Source of the DNA: a virus | Lineage: Duplodnaviria; Heunggongvirae; Uroviricota; Caudoviricetes | DNA: 55,334 nucleotides | IMG/VR virus record: IMGVR_UViG_2737471838_000004 | Coordinates: 1-55,334 of that record | Direction: 5' to 3' (one strand) | Shown: positions 45,025-54,265 of the stretch, piece after piece | How positions within the stretch are numbered: the stretch's first letter is position 1 | Layout: every line of letters begins with the position of its first letter | Made by a program: the position numbers and the translations under genes | Notes under the pieces: generated by a model | Database searches by the model: none | Told to the model about the DNA's origin: nothing | What the model saw: the letters and a program-made list of their open reading frames with translations, nothing else

Positions 45025-45050
45025 GCAAAGAAAAGCCGCCATCCGGCGGC
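45025..45050 (-). terminator. rho-independent terminator after repressor gene
   Basis: GCCGCCGGATGGCGGC hairpin followed by TTTTCTTTG on the minus strand. Confidence 0.55.
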
Positions 45051-45056
45051 TAATGT

Positions 45057-45704
45057 TTATGGCAGGTTCACGATCTTCGCATCCACTACCACGCCTATGA
45101 TTTTAGATTCTGGATTCATAGGGATTGGCGGATACAGAGGATTGAGAGAACGTAAAAGCCTTTGACCTCCATCAATAACAAGCTGTTTAAACGTAGGCGT
45201 TTGCCCTTCCTCCAGTTGGGCTATAACCAGTTTTCCGTCAATAGCTGGCGCGTGCGGATCGACAAGTATCATCGTCCCCGCTGGTATACTCAATCCTTGC
45301 GGCGCGTTCATTGATTCGCCTTTAGCTACCAGCCAATAACTATCATCTGAACAAATAACGCTAGTCGTAACGTGTGGTAATGTTGATCGCCTTGTGTCTT
45401 CCATATTGTTTACTGCGTCCTTCCAGTCAACAACCGGGTAACTGCCTAAATCACGCGGCGGCGCACCCGGCAACGTGTTAGAAACAGAATCATCAATGAC
45501 CATTCCGTCATGAGTAACAGTGAATTGCCGACGACCAAGCGCCCGCATAATCCGCGCAATGTCTTCAAGATTTGGCTCACGGCGACCATTCAGCCAGTGT
45601 GATAAGCCGCCTTTCGTGATCCCCATGAGATCCGCCAATGAATCCTGGCTCATGCCTTGCGCACGCATAAGCTGCTTTGCTAAGTCATACCATTTTGTTT
45701 TCAT
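45057..45704 (-). CDS. cI: CI-like immunity repressor (HTH + S24 LexA-like autopeptidase domain)
   Basis: 215 aa; N-terminal HTH (QDSLADLMGITKGGLSHWLNGRR), C-terminal S24 motifs GESM and FKQL. Confidence 0.85.
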   Translation of the reverse strand: MKTKWYDLAKQLMRAQGMSQDSLADLMGITKGGLSHWLNGRREPNLEDIARIMRALGRRQFTVTHDGMVIDDSVSNTLPGAPPRDLGSYPVVDWKDAVNNMEDTRRSTLPHVTTSVICSDDSYWLVAKGESMNAPQGLSIPAGTMILVDPHAPAIDGKLVIAQLEEGQTPTFKQLVIDGGQRLLRSLNPLYPPIPMNPESKIIGVVVDAKIVNLP

Positions 45705-45870
45705 GTCGCTACCCTATAACCTCAAAAAGTTTGACGCAAGTCACAAAACGTATTTTTCAAGCCTTGATCTTAAAGCTCCATTCTGTAAACTTTCAGACAA
45801 GGTAAGACCATACTTGCAAGGATGCAAGAAAAAAGATAATGGAAAGCACAAAAAGGCACATACCTTAAAA

Positions 45871-45902
45871 GCTCTTTAAAAACCAGGTGTCGCTGCGAAG
45901 CG
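45871..45902 (+). promoter_or_regulatory. nutR-like site: boxA-like (GCTCTTTAAAAA) + 8-nt spacer + small GNRA-type hairpin
   Basis: in the cI/right-operon intergenic region upstream of the first plus-strand gene; weaker match than nutL. Confidence 0.3.
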
Positions 45903-46009
45903 AAAAACAAATATCACGCAACGGCGGGATCTGTTGAGCGGTCAGTCACTGCTATCTAATGCTAATGGGATACCCGCCCGCGCGTTCACTCTAATCATAG
46001 GAGAAAAAT

Positions 46010-46255
46010 ATGTATTACGTGCGCAAGGCTTTTGATATTCGCCTGAATAACAATGATCCGGCGCAAAAACTCATCTTAATTGCACTGGCAACAAAGGCCG
46101 GATGCAACGGTAAAAGCGAAGTAACGCCGGAAGAGATCGCTGAAATGTGCGAAATTTCGTTACGAGATACTATCTCTGCACTTCATCAACTGAAAAGAAG
46201 CGGCCTGATCAGCCAGCTGCCAGGTTTCTTCTGTGTTTATCAGTTGATGTTCTAG
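46010..46255 (+). CDS. small HTH protein, first gene of rightward operon (possible Cro-like / initiator-N-domain paralog)
   Basis: 81 aa; AGGAG RBS; resembles N-terminal HTH domain of the following O-like protein. Confidence 0.45.
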   Translation: MYYVRKAFDIRLNNNDPAQKLILIALATKAGCNGKSEVTPEEIAEMCEISLRDTISALHQLKRSGLISQLPGFFCVYQLMF

Positions 46256-46276
46256 TTTATCAGGAGGCCAATATTT

Positions 46277-47305
46277 ATGAGTATGCGGCTAATGGTCGAG
46301 GTATTCCATACTGAGGTCGGGAACCCAATGCACAAACTAGTGCTGTTGAAGTTAGCTGATAACGCTAATGATAACGGCGAGTGTTACCCTTCTTACCATC
46401 ACATAGCAAAGGAATGCGAGATCAGTAAGAGTACAGCAATGAGGGCTGTCGACGCACTTTGTGAAAAAGGTCTATTGATTAAACAACCAAGATACTTAAT
46501 CGGAGGAAAGGAGCAAACGAGTAACTTCTATGTGATAGTTCTGCCATCATTGCAGGGTAGTGTCACAGTGACACCGGGGGTAGTGTCAGAGAGACACCAG
46601 GGTAGTGTCACAGTGACACCGGGGGTAGTGTCAGAGAGACACCAGGGTAGTGTCACAGTGACACCGGGGGTAGTGTCAGAGAGACACCCTAATCAGTCAT
46701 ATATAACCAGTAAAGAGAACATTAAGAACAATACACTTCGTGTATTGGAAAAAGACGAGTCTATCAGCGAAGAAGATCGGGTGGCTGATTTGGCAGCGTC
46801 GCGCGTACTCGATCACTATAACAACAAGTTTAATAGCAAGCATAAGGAGAAAAAATACTTTGTTAACCTACTGAAGAAGACAAAAACACGAGGCGCATAT
46901 ACTGAAGAAGATTTGATCATGGTTATCGACTGGATAGCGGAAACATGGTCGTTTAAACCGGAACCGATAAAGATCGCCAGGGTAAGCCGCTTTGATGAAT
47001 ACCGGGCAAAGGCTGAACAATGGCGAAGAGTTACAGCTACTGTAAACGCTGCCGATGTGGTGGAAGAGTTTAACATCACGTTTGATGGACTGTTGCCACC
47101 TGCCGAACTTGATCGTGATCTTGAACGCAAGATCTATGCGTTCACTGACTACCTGAAAGACAAAAGCATTAACGGCTTTATCGCCTACTTTGAAGCGTTC
47201 AAAAACACGGCTTCAGATTTTTACTTCGGCAATGGCTTCACTGCGACACTTGATTTCCTGCTTAAACCAAAAACGCTACGTGATACACGCGCTGGCGCTC
47301 TTTGA
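46277..47305 (+). CDS. replication initiation protein (lambda O-like) containing internal iteron array
   Basis: 342 aa; N-terminal HTH domain, linker encoded by 3 x 45-bp direct repeats (QGSVTVTPGVVSERH x3), C-terminal domain. Confidence 0.7.
   Translation: MSMRLMVEVFHTEVGNPMHKLVLLKLADNANDNGECYPSYHHIAKECEISKSTAMRAVDALCEKGLLIKQPRYLIGGKEQTSNFYVIVLPSLQGSVTVTPGVVSERHQGSVTVTPGVVSERHQGSVTVTPGVVSERHPNQSYITSKENIKNNTLRVLEKDESISEEDRVADLAASRVLDHYNNKFNSKHKEKKYFVNLLKKTKTRGAYTEEDLIMVIDWIAETWSFKPEPIKIARVSRFDEYRAKAEQWRRVTATVNAADVVEEFNITFDGLLPPAELDRDLERKIYAFTDYLKDKSINGFIAYFEAFKNTASDFYFGNGFTATLDFLLKPKTLRDTRAGAL
46553..46687 (+). repeat. origin iterons: 3 tandem 45-bp repeats, each two about 22-bp sub-iterons with internal dyad GTGTCAC..GTGACAC / GTGTC..GACAC
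   Basis: perfect tandem copies of CAGGGTAGTGTCACAGTGACACCGGGGGTAGTGTCAGAGAGACAC inside the O-like gene, followed by an AT-rich stretch. Confidence 0.8.
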
Positions 47306-47438
47306 CCAACCACGATACACAAAAACCCAAAATAACCAACCAAGCAAGCTCACCAGCGAGCTAAATTGCATTGGGTGCTACACTTGCATACCTTTAGATG
47401 TTTATCTCGTTAGAGAGCGTTTTAGAGAGGATTTTAAA

Positions 47439-47540
47439 ATGGACGGTAAACACATTTTCGCCCTGGCTTTTGCCATCGCTGCTGCAATCGCTGTTAACGT
47501 AGCGTTGTTCGGCGGTTTGTTCCTTCTTGTCAATCCATAA
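47439..47540 (+). CDS. possible small membrane peptide (33 aa)
   Basis: hand-identified MDGKHIFALAFAIAAAIAVNVALFGGLFLLVNP with GAGAGG RBS. Confidence 0.3.
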   Translation: MDGKHIFALAFAIAAAIAVNVALFGGLFLLVNP

Positions 47541-47672
47541 CCTTCATACCAGTCTGTAAGTCAAAAATTAGCCACCTGAAAGCGCCTCTGACGCAATAAG
47601 ACACTGCAACCTGTGCAATCGGGTTACGCGGTGGGATTTTTGCGTTGTAGCGCGTTTTACGGAGAAATTACA

Positions 47673-48416
47673 ATGTCTGAGTTGATGAGTTTTAATTTTG
47701 ATAACAATAAAATCACTGCTGTAATTTATGACGGTAAACCTGCTTTCGTTGCAATGGATGTGGCGCGGGCGTTAGGGTACGCAACTCCGCAAAAAGCAAT
47801 TAGTGACCACTGTAAGTCATTGATAAAAATAAAATGTTCTGAAATGGAACATTTGGGATTCACTCCAATCCCGCAAGGAGTAACGCTAATCCATGAATCA
47901 GATGTTTACCGTCTGGTGATGCGTTCAAAAATAGAATCGGCTGAGCGCTTCCAGGATTGGGTGTGTGAGGAGGTTCTCCCTGCTTTGCGTGAAAATGGAC
48001 ATTACGGTTTTAAACCAGCTTTGCCGGATTTCACTGACCCAGTCGCTGCGGCTCGCGCATGGGCGGATGAGGTGGAGAAAAAACGATTAGCACAGAAAGA
48101 AGTTGATCGTCTGGCGCTGGAAAACAAGGAATTAGCGCCAAAAGCGGCTGTCTGTGATGCGATTGTAAAAAATAAACAGCATCGCAATGCTACACAGGTT
48201 GCCAAGCCTTTGGGTATGACTGCTACGCAACTCAACAAAAAACTTGAACAGGTTGACGTGTACGATACTCGAATTAAGCGCGGCGGGCGTATGTTCAAAC
48301 AGTGGTTCGTAGATGAAGGCTATGGAGTGGTAAAATGTTCGGCTGATGGTTACGTCCAATCACTATTTACTGCTAAGGGCCAGATTTGGGTATCTGAACT
48401 TTTTGCTTGTAAGTAG
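47673..48416 (+). CDS. Bro-N domain antirepressor-like protein
   Basis: ORF 47613..48416 trimmed to MSELMSFNF with GGAGAAA RBS; N-terminal Bro-N-like region (FNFDNNKITAV...AMDVARALGY). Confidence 0.65.
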   Translation: MSELMSFNFDNNKITAVIYDGKPAFVAMDVARALGYATPQKAISDHCKSLIKIKCSEMEHLGFTPIPQGVTLIHESDVYRLVMRSKIESAERFQDWVCEEVLPALRENGHYGFKPALPDFTDPVAAARAWADEVEKKRLAQKEVDRLALENKELAPKAAVCDAIVKNKQHRNATQVAKPLGMTATQLNKKLEQVDVYDTRIKRGGRMFKQWFVDEGYGVVKCSADGYVQSLFTAKGQIWVSELFACK

Positions 48417-48449
48417 GTATACATTTTGTTAACTGGAGGAATTAACATT

Positions 48450-49580
48450 ATGTCGCAAAGAAAAATCAGCGATGAACAATTGATCGCTGAATACAACAAC
48501 GGTTTAACGTACAAACAGATCGCTGAAAAGTACGGCATGTCTAAACGCAATGTCGAACGCCTGGGCGCAAAACTGGCAAAACGCGGTTTAATATCAACAC
48601 GCCGCGCGCCTGGTTTTAGCGTTACTGGCGAGTCAGTGCTTGTTGACAATAACGGGAATACAGTCATGCGCTGGATTAAAACAGCCCGTGACCGCGACGA
48701 AATGGAAATGCTAATGGAAGCTGCACGCGACGCTTTCACGGATGAAATACCACGCGCGGAGGCCGTGCCAGTTCCGGAAATTGATTTTCAAAAAAGCCTG
48801 GCTCTTTATCCGGTATTTGATCTGCATATCGGGGCGCTTGCTCATAAAGCTGAATGCGGCGAGAGCTACGACACTGGGATCGCTGAGCGCGTGTTGAATG
48901 ACTTCTTTGACTACGCCGTTGGCGCTGCGCCGATGTCTGAAAAAGCTGTATTGCTTCTCGGTGGCGATCTGCTTCACTCTGACGGTATGGTCCCGGTGAC
49001 GCCAACAAGCGGGCACATTCTTGATCAAGATAGTCGCTACGCAAAACTTGTTTATGTGGCGATCCGGTCTGTCCGTCGTGCGGTAGGGAAGATGTTGCTA
49101 AATCATAAGGATGTGGAAATCCAGGTGTTATCAGGGAATCATGACCAGTCTGGTATGATTTGGCTACGTGCGGCGCTGGCGGCTTTTTACGAAGATGAAC
49201 CGCGCGTGACGGTTGATGTGTCCCCTGCCATCGTCCACCACACACAGTACGGAAAAACGTTCCTTGCTTACCACCACGGGCACACTATCAAAAAGCCTGA
49301 AAATTTATTGTCTGCTTGCGTCTCTGACTGGCGGGAAGACTTTGGCAAGTCAAAATATGTTTACGTACATGTGGGCCATTTGCACCATAAATCAGTGACA
49401 GAATCATCTATAGGCATAGTTGAACATCATGGCACGTTAGCGGGAAAAGACGCTTATTCAACTAATGGAGGATGGAGATCGCAACGTTGCGCTGCGGTTA
49501 TCATTTACAGTCCTGACTATGGCGAAATTGGTCGCTTTGTATATAGGCCTGAAATGGTGGAGTGTCATAATGTGGGATGA
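48450..49580 (+). CDS. HTH-domain protein fused to calcineurin-like metallophosphoesterase domain
   Basis: ORF 48426..49580 trimmed to MSQRKISDE (GGAGG RBS); N-terminal HTH (LTYKQIAEKYGMSKRNVERL); phosphoesterase motifs DLHIG, GGDLLHSD, GNHD, GHLHH. Confidence 0.55.
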   Translation: MSQRKISDEQLIAEYNNGLTYKQIAEKYGMSKRNVERLGAKLAKRGLISTRRAPGFSVTGESVLVDNNGNTVMRWIKTARDRDEMEMLMEAARDAFTDEIPRAEAVPVPEIDFQKSLALYPVFDLHIGALAHKAECGESYDTGIAERVLNDFFDYAVGAAPMSEKAVLLLGGDLLHSDGMVPVTPTSGHILDQDSRYAKLVYVAIRSVRRAVGKMLLNHKDVEIQVLSGNHDQSGMIWLRAALAAFYEDEPRVTVDVSPAIVHHTQYGKTFLAYHHGHTIKKPENLLSACVSDWREDFGKSKYVYVHVGHLHHKSVTESSIGIVEHHGTLAGKDAYSTNGGWRSQRCAAVIIYSPDYGEIGRFVYRPEMVECHNVG

Positions 49581-50073
49581 TTTATTTACCTATAGTGACG
49601 GCGTTCTATATTGGTCTTGTAATCGTGCAAACAACAAAATAAAAGCAGGTAGCGTGGCTGGATGTAAACATTATCGCGGATATTGGACTGTACGCGTTAA
49701 TGGTATTTGTTGCACATGGCGTCACCGCATTATCTGGGAAATGTTTAACGGCCCTATTCCTGATGGAATGGAAATAGATCACATAAATCATGTACCTGGT
49801 GATGATAGAATCGAAAACTTAAGGATGGTGACAAGGAAGGAGAATAACAGAAACAAAACAATGCCATCAAGTAACACTAGCGGATGCGTTGGCGTTACGT
49901 GGAACAAGAAAACCAATAAATGGCGTGCGCAAATAGGTATAAGGGGGTCTGATGGGAAAAAGAAAACAATATACGTTTATTACGGTGACTCATTTGATGA
50001 TGCCGTAAAAGCAAGAAAAGAAGCTGAAAGAATGTATAACTTTCATAGCAATCACGGCATTTCTTTACCATGA
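49570..50073 (+). CDS. HNH homing-endonuclease-like protein (HNH + AP2-like)
   Basis: ORF 49465..50073 trimmed to MWDDLFTYSDGVLYW; IIWEMFNGPIPDGMEIDHINH...NLRMVT. Confidence 0.75.
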   Translation: MWDDLFTYSDGVLYWSCNRANNKIKAGSVAGCKHYRGYWTVRVNGICCTWRHRIIWEMFNGPIPDGMEIDHINHVPGDDRIENLRMVTRKENNRNKTMPSSNTSGCVGVTWNKKTNKWRAQIGIRGSDGKKKTIYVYYGDSFDDAVKARKEAERMYNFHSNHGISLP

Positions 50074-50107
50074 ATATTCCATTTTGTAAACCGGAGGCAA
50101 TAACATA

Positions 50108-51523
50108 ATGGTAACTGAGCAAATAAACTCGCTACGGCAGGAACGTGAGGCGTCAGTTATCGGCGGGCTACTGTTAGGTGGCCTTACTCCTAACGCGCAA
50201 GATGTTCTCGCCACACTTGATCCTGAAGTGTTCACGATCCCGCTTTATAAACGTGCGTTTGAAGTTATCCGGGCACAAGCCAGAAACAGGAATCTCATCG
50301 ATGCATTGCTGGTCGGTGATGAGATTGGTAATGAAAATTTCGTACCGCTGATGCAAACGGCGCGATCGTGCCCTTCTGCTGCCAACCTGAAGGGATACGC
50401 ACAGTTACTACGTGAAGAGCACCAGCGGCGGCAGATGTTGGAACTTATCGACGATATACGCTACAAGCTGGAGACGGGGACGCTAGAGGTCGTCAAAGAG
50501 ACGATGAAAGATTTTGATTCCCGGTATTCAAAATTAAAGGTAACGAAAGACAAGATTATCCCCGTTCTGTTGCGCGATGCGGTCCAGGAGTACACAGAAG
50601 TTTTAAGTAAGCGCATGGAATGCGGTGTCAATTCTGACAACATCAAAACAGGGATAGAACCACTCGACGAAATGTTAGGCGGCATTAACGCTACTGATTT
50701 AGTGCTTCTCGCCGGACGCCCTGGGTCTGGTAAATCTGCGTTGGCGCTGACAATTGCACGCGCTGCTGCTGAACGCCCTTACCCTGGAAGCAAGGATCAG
50801 CGGGTTGGCGTTTTGTTCTTCACGCTTGAAATGTCACTCGATCAGATGACTGAACGCGCTATCGCTGGCGCTGGCAATTTATCAACTGACTGCCTGCGCA
50901 ATCCGGTAAAACTTGATGATGAGGGGTGGGCGCATGTAGGCCAGGGGATGAGCGCACTTGCTAACCTTGAGGTGTGGATCGTTGACGCATCGCAGTTAAC
51001 GGTTGAGGAAATACGCGCAACAACGGAACGCATGAAGCAGGATCACCCGAACTTGGGTATGGTAATGATTGATTATATCGGTTTAATGCAGCTTGCTAAG
51101 GCAGAACGTCACGATCTCGCCGTGGGGCAATTATCGTGGTCGTTAAAGATGATGGCGAAAGAATTGCGTGTACCAGTGTTGGCGCTGGCGCAACTGTCAC
51201 GCCGCGTTGAGGAACGACCGAACAAGCGCCCTAACAATTCTGATCTTCGTGATTCTGGCAACCTTGAGCAAGATGCCGACAGGATCATCATGGTTTACCG
51301 CGATGGGTATTACGACGAGCAGTCTGTTGCCCGCGAATACATGGAAATCATTGTGTCAAAAAACCGTCATGGTAAGTCTGGAACTGTTTACCAGCGGTTT
51401 GATGACAACGGTAATATCTTGCCATGCGACCAGGCGCGCGCAGCCGCAGCGTGTATTCAGTCAATGAATCATCGCACAAGCCGTTTTAACCAACGAAACA
51501 ATCAGAATAACACATCTTTTTAA
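50108..51523 (+). CDS. dnaB: replicative DNA helicase (DnaB-like)
   Basis: 471 aa; DnaB N-terminal domain, Walker A GRPGSGKSA, RecA-like C-terminal domain. Confidence 0.85.
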   Translation: MVTEQINSLRQEREASVIGGLLLGGLTPNAQDVLATLDPEVFTIPLYKRAFEVIRAQARNRNLIDALLVGDEIGNENFVPLMQTARSCPSAANLKGYAQLLREEHQRRQMLELIDDIRYKLETGTLEVVKETMKDFDSRYSKLKVTKDKIIPVLLRDAVQEYTEVLSKRMECGVNSDNIKTGIEPLDEMLGGINATDLVLLAGRPGSGKSALALTIARAAAERPYPGSKDQRVGVLFFTLEMSLDQMTERAIAGAGNLSTDCLRNPVKLDDEGWAHVGQGMSALANLEVWIVDASQLTVEEIRATTERMKQDHPNLGMVMIDYIGLMQLAKAERHDLAVGQLSWSLKMMAKELRVPVLALAQLSRRVEERPNKRPNNSDLRDSGNLEQDADRIIMVYRDGYYDEQSVAREYMEIIVSKNRHGKSGTVYQRFDDNGNILPCDQARAAAACIQSMNHRTSRFNQRNNQNNTSF

Positions 51524-51602
51524 TCAATATGAGCAAACGGCTTACCGGAAAGTTTACCGCTTTCTGGTGGCTGTTATCGCGTTTTAAATGAGGCTAAAAA
51601 CA

Positions 51603-52160
51603 ATGAGCGCTGAACTTGAAACAAAAGTTATCAATATCCTTGAACTTGATGGCATCGCAACAATGCACCAGTTACGCAATAAAACGGGGTTATTGGCTGG
51701 ATATGACAAAAACGGGTTACTTCCTGAGGCAATTAAACACTTAATAAAAAACGGTATCGTCGAGCGCGTATATACATGTTTTGGACGCCGCCGCCGTCTG
51801 CTGGGCTATCGTATTAAACAGTTATATGCTGAACGTCGTGAGAGTGTTGCGTCGTTATTTAGTGACTACAGCGTTAAAAAGCGTATGCGCGACATTAGCG
51901 CTGAAACGGGAATACCGTGGAATTATCTATCTCGTACTCTGCGTTTAATGGTTATTGATGAAACGCTTTGCGTTGACCCTAACCGACACGGGGTAAATTT
52001 TTACTCATTGTTTAAACCTGGGCGCTTCGGTCACGCTAATGATTTGGCGTTTGACTTTGACAGCCGCCTGAACGAATACCGGAAAAATAACGGCCTGCTA
52101 CCGGATAAACCAGTATTTGAGATTGAAAAACTTAACGGTGAAACGGGGTTGGAATTATGA
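51603..52160 (+). CDS. hypothetical protein
   Basis: ORF 51588..52160 trimmed to MSAELETKV. Confidence 0.45.
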   Translation: MSAELETKVINILELDGIATMHQLRNKTGLLAGYDKNGLLPEAIKHLIKNGIVERVYTCFGRRRRLLGYRIKQLYAERRESVASLFSDYSVKKRMRDISAETGIPWNYLSRTLRLMVIDETLCVDPNRHGVNFYSLFKPGRFGHANDLAFDFDSRLNEYRKNNGLLPDKPVFEIEKLNGETGLEL

Positions 52161-52363
52161 GACGTGTAATTTTTTATTCAGTTGAAACATTCATTGACGA
52201 ATCTCACTTTAAATTTCCATGCAATTCTTGCGGCGCGATGGTTTATACACCTCCACTAATGCGCAAGTACAGGCACGTAAAATTTAACCGGGCTTTTGTG
52301 CCGATTCGTTACGCTTTGCAGGCGTTGCGCGGTGAATTACGGAACACAATGCGGATTGTGTAA
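52157..52363 (+). CDS. hypothetical small protein
   Basis: 68-aa ORF overlapping stop of previous gene. Confidence 0.4.
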   Translation: MRRVIFYSVETFIDESHFKFPCNSCGAMVYTPPLMRKYRHVKFNRAFVPIRYALQALRGELRNTMRIV

Positions 52364-52372
52364 GGTGAGATC

Positions 52373-52570
52373 ATGAATAAAGAGTTAGATTTAACAGTTG
52401 AAGACTTGAGCACGATTGCGGAATACATGCGAGGTGACGATCCTGATAAGCCTGTTGTTGTTGATATGAGGTACTTAAAAAGCGCTTTTATGACAAGCTC
52501 GCGCCTAATTTCTTTGCGGGCGATCATGTATGCGCGGGCGCAGTGGAAAAATAGTAACGGTGTATCATGA
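52373..52570 (+). CDS. hypothetical small protein
   Basis: 65-aa ORF. Confidence 0.4.
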   Translation: MNKELDLTVEDLSTIAEYMRGDDPDKPVVVDMRYLKSAFMTSSRLISLRAIMYARAQWKNSNGVS

Positions 52571-52986
52571 GGCAAATTAGATTTGAGATAGTAAACGACG
52601 CCGTGAAAGAAAATGCTGTCAGGCAGATAAGAGAGATCCAGCCTGATAGCAAAAGCCCGCTGATAATTACCATCCAGGAGAAAACCCGCTCGCTAAGTCA
52701 AAATGCGAGACTGCACGCCATGCTATCTGATATAGCAAGGCAAGCTGAGTATTTAGGCAAAAAAAGAACCATTGATTTTTGGAAGGGTTTATTTGTTTCT
52801 GGATGGATGATTGCTACTGGGTATAAAGCTGAAATAATTCCAGGGCTTGAAGGTGAGTTTATCAATATAAGGGTAAGCACTACAACTTTAAGCAAACGAG
52901 ATTTAAACGAATTAATGGAATATATCGAAGCATGGTGCGTCGCCAATGGTGTAAGATTATCAACGTGGAGAGTATATAATGGTTGA
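52567..52986 (+). CDS. ninB: NinB (Orf) recombination mediator
   Basis: 139 aa; NinB-family signature (ITIQEKTRSLSQNARLHAMLSDIARQ). Confidence 0.8.
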   Translation: MRQIRFEIVNDAVKENAVRQIREIQPDSKSPLIITIQEKTRSLSQNARLHAMLSDIARQAEYLGKKRTIDFWKGLFVSGWMIATGYKAEIIPGLEGEFINIRVSTTTLSKRDLNELMEYIEAWCVANGVRLSTWRVYNG

Positions 52987-53437
52987 TTGGCATTATTACT
53001 TTGAATATAGGGAAGGATTTTTGTATTGGAAGGTGAATCCTTCATGCAAAATAAAGGCTGGAGCATTGGCTGGAAGTTTCAGCCATCGCGGATACATGAA
53101 GGTAAGCATAAATAAAAGGCGTTATTATGTTCATCGGATTGTTTGGGAAATGCACAACGGCCCAATCCCTGTTGGGTATGAGGTGGATCATATAGATAGG
53201 AATCCATCCAATAATTTAATTCAGAATTTACGCCTTGTTACTCATAGGGTTAATATGAGGAACCAACCTCCTAAGACTAATAGCGGATGCATGGGTGTAT
53301 CATGGTATAAAGCATATAATAAATGGCAGGTTAGAATTAAAGTTGATGGTGTTACTTTATTTATAGGGTATTTTGAAAAATTAAGTGACGCAATAAATGC
53401 GAGAAAGGAAGCTGAATCTAAGTATTGGGGGCAATAA
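52979..53437 (+). CDS. HNH homing-endonuclease-like protein (HNH + AP2-like)
   Basis: 152 aa; YVHRIVWEMHNGPIPVGYEVDHIDRNPSNN...NLRLVT. Confidence 0.75.
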   Translation: MVDWHYYFEYREGFLYWKVNPSCKIKAGALAGSFSHRGYMKVSINKRRYYVHRIVWEMHNGPIPVGYEVDHIDRNPSNNLIQNLRLVTHRVNMRNQPPKTNSGCMGVSWYKAYNKWQVRIKVDGVTLFIGYFEKLSDAINARKEAESKYWGQ

Positions 53438-53613
53438 TGGTTAGTTACTACATGGCTAAACCTACTGGAATTTTGTATAAGATTGATGGCGAATACGTTT
53501 ACTATTTTCACAACCAGGCGCGCGAGTGGCGATTGTGTCACGCGCACTTTCAACACGAAATAGAAAACCATCCTGAATACTTTATCAAAGTTGACAATGT
53601 AACGGTGGCGTAA
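53437..53613 (+). CDS. hypothetical small protein
   Basis: ORF 53425..53613 trimmed to ATG overlapping HNH stop (TAATG). Confidence 0.35.
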   Translation: MVSYYMAKPTGILYKIDGEYVYYFHNQAREWRLCHAHFQHEIENHPEYFIKVDNVTVA

Positions 53614-53614
53614 C

Positions 53615-54265
53615 ATGGCAATTAAAACACCTCATGCGATAGGCAAAATGATCCACAGATTCCGCGCTGATATTCCGTCTTTCGAAGTGGCAACGTTTTT
53701 AAGTTATTACGATTTTGGTATGGAGTATTACGCAGGATCTAAGGTTGGCGGCGAATCTTATACATTGATGGCTAATACGTGGCGCTTTATACGTTTCTCT
53801 GAAAAGGATGATGACGGTATGAATAAAGAAAGTGAAGTTATTGATGAATTAATCGAAGATGAACGCTGCGACTGCGAAACGCAACCAGAAAAAACGGAAT
53901 GGAAGCAAGGAGAAAAGCCGCCATGCGGCGTGTGGTTGGAGTGTTATTATCCTGATGGTTATCTAGTTGGGATTGTAATGTTTAAATTTGTCGGTGATAA
54001 ATTCGGCGTGTACACTGAAAAAGGCAGTAAACAGCAAGAACATACCATTGATTGGGGTTTTTGTAATTATTTTTTATACGTTGATCCTAAAGAAAAAGCA
54101 CTTGCTGAAATCGCGTTTGCGCTGGCTACTAAGGTGATTGGTGAAGACGCGGCAAAAGAGATTGACTTTAACCATGACAATGATTTTTCGTGCGATTATC
54201 GCAATATGGCGCAAGCTATTATTGATGGATGTATCGGACACGTTGAATACACGGGGAAAAGATAA
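53615..54265 (+). CDS. hypothetical protein
   Basis: 216-aa ORF. Confidence 0.45.
   Translation: MAIKTPHAIGKMIHRFRADIPSFEVATFLSYYDFGMEYYAGSKVGGESYTLMANTWRFIRFSEKDDDGMNKESEVIDELIEDERCDCETQPEKTEWKQGEKPPCGVWLECYYPDGYLVGIVMFKFVGDKFGVYTEKGSKQQEHTIDWGFCNYFLYVDPKEKALAEIAFALATKVIGEDAAKEIDFNHDNDFSCDYRNMAQAIIDGCIGHVEYTGKR

Noticed and set aside
45520-45879. 119-aa plus-strand ORF overlapping the cI start, considered as a possible Cro
   Set aside because: Mostly antisense to cI, no RBS, and its in-frame ATG overlaps the cI start codon; treated as spurious. No convincing Cro found.
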